This document shows, piece by piece, positions 60,930-64,000 of a stretch of DNA of 64,000 nt. This DNA comes from Nitrospina sp. (GTDB lineage: Bacteria; Nitrospinota; Nitrospinia; Nitrospinales; Nitrospinaceae), in contig JAGQJZ010000002.1 in assembly GCA_020430445.1 (NCBI GenBank), positions 5,425-69,424 of the forward strand, in the 5' to 3' direction. The notes below the pieces were generated by a model, which saw only the letters and a list, made by a program, of their open reading frames with translations, ran no database searches and was not told where the DNA came from. The translations under genes were made by a program, and so were the position numbers. Numbering within the stretch: the first letter of the stretch is position 1; every line of letters begins with the position of its first letter.

Positions 60930-63900
60930 GAGGCGTCCTCCACCATGAGACCGCCCTTTTCCGCCCGTTCCAACTGGGCCTGCAATTCCTCGCCCGCATG
61001 GGCGCGGGGCTTGATGAAGGGCGCGATCCAGTAATAACCCACCGGCGCCAGATACAGGGTGAACAGCGTCGACAGGCCCAGACCGCCGAAGACCACCCAG
61101 CCGATGGCCTCGCGGGCTTCCGCTCCCGGACCGGTACTGAGAATGAGCGGCAGGCTGCCCACCACGGTGGACAGGACGGTCATGGTAACGGGACGCAACC
61201 GCACGCGCACGCCTTCCATGATCGCATCGTGAACGCTCATGCCCTCGTCACGCATCTGATCCATGAACTCCACCAGCAGGATGGCGTTTTTGGTCATGAG
61301 CCCGACCAGCATCACCAGCCCGATCTGGCTGTACAGGTTGATCGTCTGGCCGGTTTTGAGCAGGGTGAAAATCGCCGCCGCCAGACCGAACGGCACGGTG
61401 AAGATGACGATGAGGGCGCTGCCGAGACTTTCGAACTGGGCGGCCAGCACCAGCAGCACCACGGCCAGGGCGATGACGAAGGTCACCGCCACGTCGTAGG
61501 ACGTTTCTTCAAGCGTTGCAGCCTCGCCGAGAAACAGGATGCTGACGTCCCGGGGCAAGGCATCGTCGGCGACGCGGCGGACCTGGTTGAGCACCTTGCC
61601 GAGGGCGGTGCCCGGCGGAACGCCGAGGTCCAGTTCGATGGCGCGGCGCTGGGCGTGGCGGTCGAGTTCCGCGGCGACTCCGGATTCCCTCACCTCGATC
61701 ATGGCGCTCAGCGGCACCAGTTCGTTGTCTTCATTGGTGACGAAAATATTCAGCAGGTCGCCGGGATCGTTGATCGCCCCCTGCGTGGACCCCAGCATGA
61801 TGGGCACGGCCTGGTCCTCGATGCTGAGGTCGATCAGTTCGTATTTGTCGACCATCACGCGCAAGGTCTGGGAAATGCGGTCCATGGGAACGCGCAGGTC
61901 ACGGGCCTTTTCGCGGTCGATGTTGAACGAAAGCTCCGGCTGCGAGGTGTCGAACTGGATACGAACGTCCTCGATCTCCGGTATCCTTTGCTGTATGGCA
62001 TCGGACATGATATCCGCCGCCGCACTGAGGGTTTTGTAATCGTTGCCGACGAGAGCGATTTCCAGGCCGGAACTGGCCCCGCGCACGTTGAGGCTGTTGC
62101 CCTGCCGGAGCCGCACCTGCGCGCCGGGCATGTCCTTAAGAGCGTCGCTCACTTCCTTCGCGAGGGCCATCTGGCTGATGTCACGTTCTTCCCACGGCAC
62201 CAGCGTGGCTTTGGTGTAGGTCCGGTTTTTATCCCAGCGCCCGACGATGGTGTAGATGTCGGTGACCAGTCCGCGCTCCTGATAGGACCGAAGCACCGCT
62301 TCCGCCTTGCGCGACTGCCGGTCGGAATACGCCAGCGACGCGCCGTCGGGTCCGGTTAAAATGAGTTCTATGGAACCGCGGTCCTCCTGCGGCAGGAGTT
62401 CCTGGTTCAGCGCCTGAAACCCCAGGACCCCGGCGCCGACGATCGCCAATGAGATGGGCACGGCCAGCCACGACCAGGCCAGCAGCAGGTCCAGGCTTTT
62501 GTAGTAGAAAACGGCGAGGCCATGCCCCACGGCGTTGAGCCCCTTGCGCAACAGGGCGGAGAGCCCGTTTCTGTTTTTGGAATCGGGAATGCGGGAAGCC
62601 AGCATCGGGCACAGGGTGACGGCGACGAACGAACTGATGGTCACCGCGATGGCGAGCACGAGACCGAATTCCCGAAACAGGCGTCCGGTTTCTCCCGGCA
62701 AAAACGCGATCGGAAAAAATACCGCGACGAGGGTGACGGTGGTGGCGATCACGGCGAAAAACACCTGGCGCGTTCCAAGCACCGCCGCGGCCATGTTTTC
62801 ATGCCCCCGCGAACGCAGGCGCTGGATATTTTCCAGGACCACGATAGCGTCGTCCACGATCAGGCCGGTCGCCAGAACGAGCGCCAGCAGGGTCAGGAGA
62901 TTGATCGAAAACCCCAGCAACCAGATGGACGCCAGCGTGCCCACCAGGGAAATGGGCATGGTGACCGCGGGAACCAGCACGGCCCGCCACTGGCCGAGAA
63001 ACAGGGCGATGACGACCAGAACGATCAGGATCGCCAGGACCAGGGTCAACAGCACTTCCTTGAGCGCGCCGCGTATGTAAATGGAGTCGTCCGAAATAAT
63101 GGACAAGGTGAAATCTCGGAAACGCTCGTTGATCCGCTCGACGCGCCTGGTGACCTCATCCGAAATCGCGATGGTGTTCGCCCCCGCCTGGCGGACAACC
63201 CCGAGGCCGATGACCATGCGCCCGTTGAGCAGGGAATAGTCTTCCGCTTCCATCGGAGAGTAAAACACCGTCCCCACGTCGCCGACCCGGATGGAGTCGC
63301 GGATGTGCAGCCGCTCCACTTTTTCCGGCTCGACCACCGAAGCGTAGGCGCGGACGATGAGTTCCTGGTCGCTCGACTCGTAACTGCCGGCGGGCACATC
63401 GAACCGGGCCTGGCGCAGCACCTCCACCACTTCCGAAGCGGACAGGCGGAAACCCGCCATGCGGGCGGGATCGAGCAGCACGCGCAAGACGCGGGGCTGG
63501 TCGCCGTTGAGTTGCACATCGGCCACGCCGGCGATCGACAGCAGTTCGGGCGACACGTCCTTCTCGATCCGTTTGGCCAGCGCCTGTTTGGACAACGAAT
63601 CGCTGTAGGCGGCGATCTGGACAATGGCGTTGGCGTCGTCATCCGCCTTCAGCACGACCAGTTGATCGATATCCTCCGGCAGTTCCCGCTCAATGCGGCT
63701 GACCGCTTCGCGCACATCGCTGGCGGCGTTGTTCAGGTCCACTTCCGGCTGGAACTCCACATGCAGACGCATGTTGTTTTCTTCGCTGGAAGACTCGATA
63801 TTCTTCACCCCGGAAACGCGGGCGACGGCGCCTTCGAGAATGCTGGTGACCTCGGTGTCCATCGTCTCCGGCGAAGCGCCTTCGTAAATAGCGCGCACGC

Positions 63901-64000
63901 TGACGATCGGGCGGTCCACATCGGGCAGTTCGCGGACGTCGATCCCCATCAGGCTGCCGAGGCCGGCCAGCATGATCAAAAGGTTCATGACCGAGATGAG
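60926..64000 (-). CDS. RND (AcrB/MexB-type) inner-membrane efflux transporter, 5' end beyond the window
   Basis: More than 1020 aa of AcrB-like sequence, open to the right edge (upstream residues LISV precede the first in-window Met). Its stop overlaps the NodT start by 4 nt. Confidence 0.92.
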   Translation of the reverse strand, partial: LISVMNLLIMLAGLGSLMGIDVRELPDVDRPIVSVRAIYEGASPETMDTEVTSILEGAVARVSGVKNIESSSEENNMRLHVEFQPEVDLNNAASDVREAVSRIERELPEDIDQLVVLKADDDANAIVQIAAYSDSLSKQALAKRIEKDVSPELLSIAGVADVQLNGDQPRVLRVLLDPARMAGFRLSASEVVEVLRQARFDVPAGSYESSDQELIVRAYASVVEPEKVERLHIRDSIRVGDVGTVFYSPMEAEDYSLLNGRMVIGLGVVRQAGANTIAISDEVTRRVERINERFRDFTLSIISDDSIYIRGALKEVLLTLVLAILIVLVVIALFLGQWRAVLVPAVTMPISLVGTLASIWLLGFSINLLTLLALVLATGLIVDDAIVVLENIQRLRSRGHENMAAAVLGTRQVFFAVIATTVTLVAVFFPIAFLPGETGRLFREFGLVLAIAVTISSFVAVTLCPMLASRIPDSKNRNGLSALLRKGLNAVGHGLAVFYYKSLDLLLAWSWLAVPISLAIVGAGVLGFQALNQELLPQEDRGSIELILTGPDGASLAYSDRQSRKAEAVLRSYQERGLVTDIYTIVGRWDKNRTYTKATLVPWEERDISQMALAKEVSDALKDMPGAQVRLRQGNSLNVRGASSGLEIALVGNDYKTLSAAADIMSDAIQQRIPEIEDVRIQFDTSQPELSFNIDREKARDLRVPMDRISQTLRVMVDKYELIDLSIEDQAVPIMLGSTQGAINDPGDLLNIFVTNEDNELVPLSAMIEVRESGVAAELDRHAQRRAIELDLGVPPGTALGKVLNQVRRVADDALPRDVSILFLGEAATLEETSYDVAVTFVIALAVVLLVLAAQFESLGSALIVIFTVPFGLAAAIFTLLKTGQTINLYSQIGLVMLVGLMTKNAILLVEFMDQMRDEGMSVHDAIMEGVRVRLRPVTMTVLSTVVGSLPLILSTGPGAEAREAIGWVVFGGLGLSTLFTLYLAPVGYYWIAPFIKPRAHAGEELQAQLERAEKGGLMVEDAS

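Overview
GC-rich chromosomal window from a diderm (outer-membrane-bearing) bacterium. I call 50 protein genes, all on the minus strand except slyD and a NERD gene, plus 2 tRNAs. I saw no rRNA, CRISPR array, transposase or integrase. Product names come from motifs I read in the translations. No database search was run.

Gene blocks, left to right:
- 1-5 kb: housekeeping redox/Fe-S genes (TlpA-like redoxin, NifU-like, YfhL ferredoxin, JAMM protease, 2Fe-2S ferredoxin), then mreB preceded by a GAF / degenerate-GGDEF gene.
- 5.2-6.3 kb: tRNA-Val and tRNA-Asp, each with its own sigma70-like promoter, then slyD.
- 6.4-19.5 kb: a signalling island with three hybrid histidine kinases, stand-alone cheR and receiver-less cheB, and two REC/HD-GYP proteins. 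It holds 9 receiver domains and no DNA-binding output.
- 19.9-28.0 kb: TpsB / FecR / TpsA / CHASE2 adenylate cyclase operon.
- 28.7-31.6 kb: a secreted four-module CbiX-like protein and a membrane-anchored NERD protein.
- 31.6-43.2 kb: a co-directional array of MoxR, DUF58, TgpA-like, FTR1 permease, cytochrome b-like protein, pentaheme cytochrome c, orphan gspG, ferredoxin reductase and an outer-membrane protein.
- 43.4-58.7 kb: a type IV filament cluster that mixes T2SS-like and T4P-like parts, bracketed by AT-rich DNA.
- 59.5-64.0 kb: NodT outer-membrane factor and an RND pump that runs off the right edge.

Best candidates for uncharacterised biology:
- (a) The TPS-FecR-CHASE2 cyclase module.
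- (b) cheR/cheB with no MCP, CheA or CheW, next to a kinase whose coiled coil carries EELxxxNEEL heptads.
- (c) The hybrid T2SS/T4P machine, with a Gly-rich secretin insert and very large pilins.
- (d) gspG translationally coupled to a multiheme cytochrome operon.
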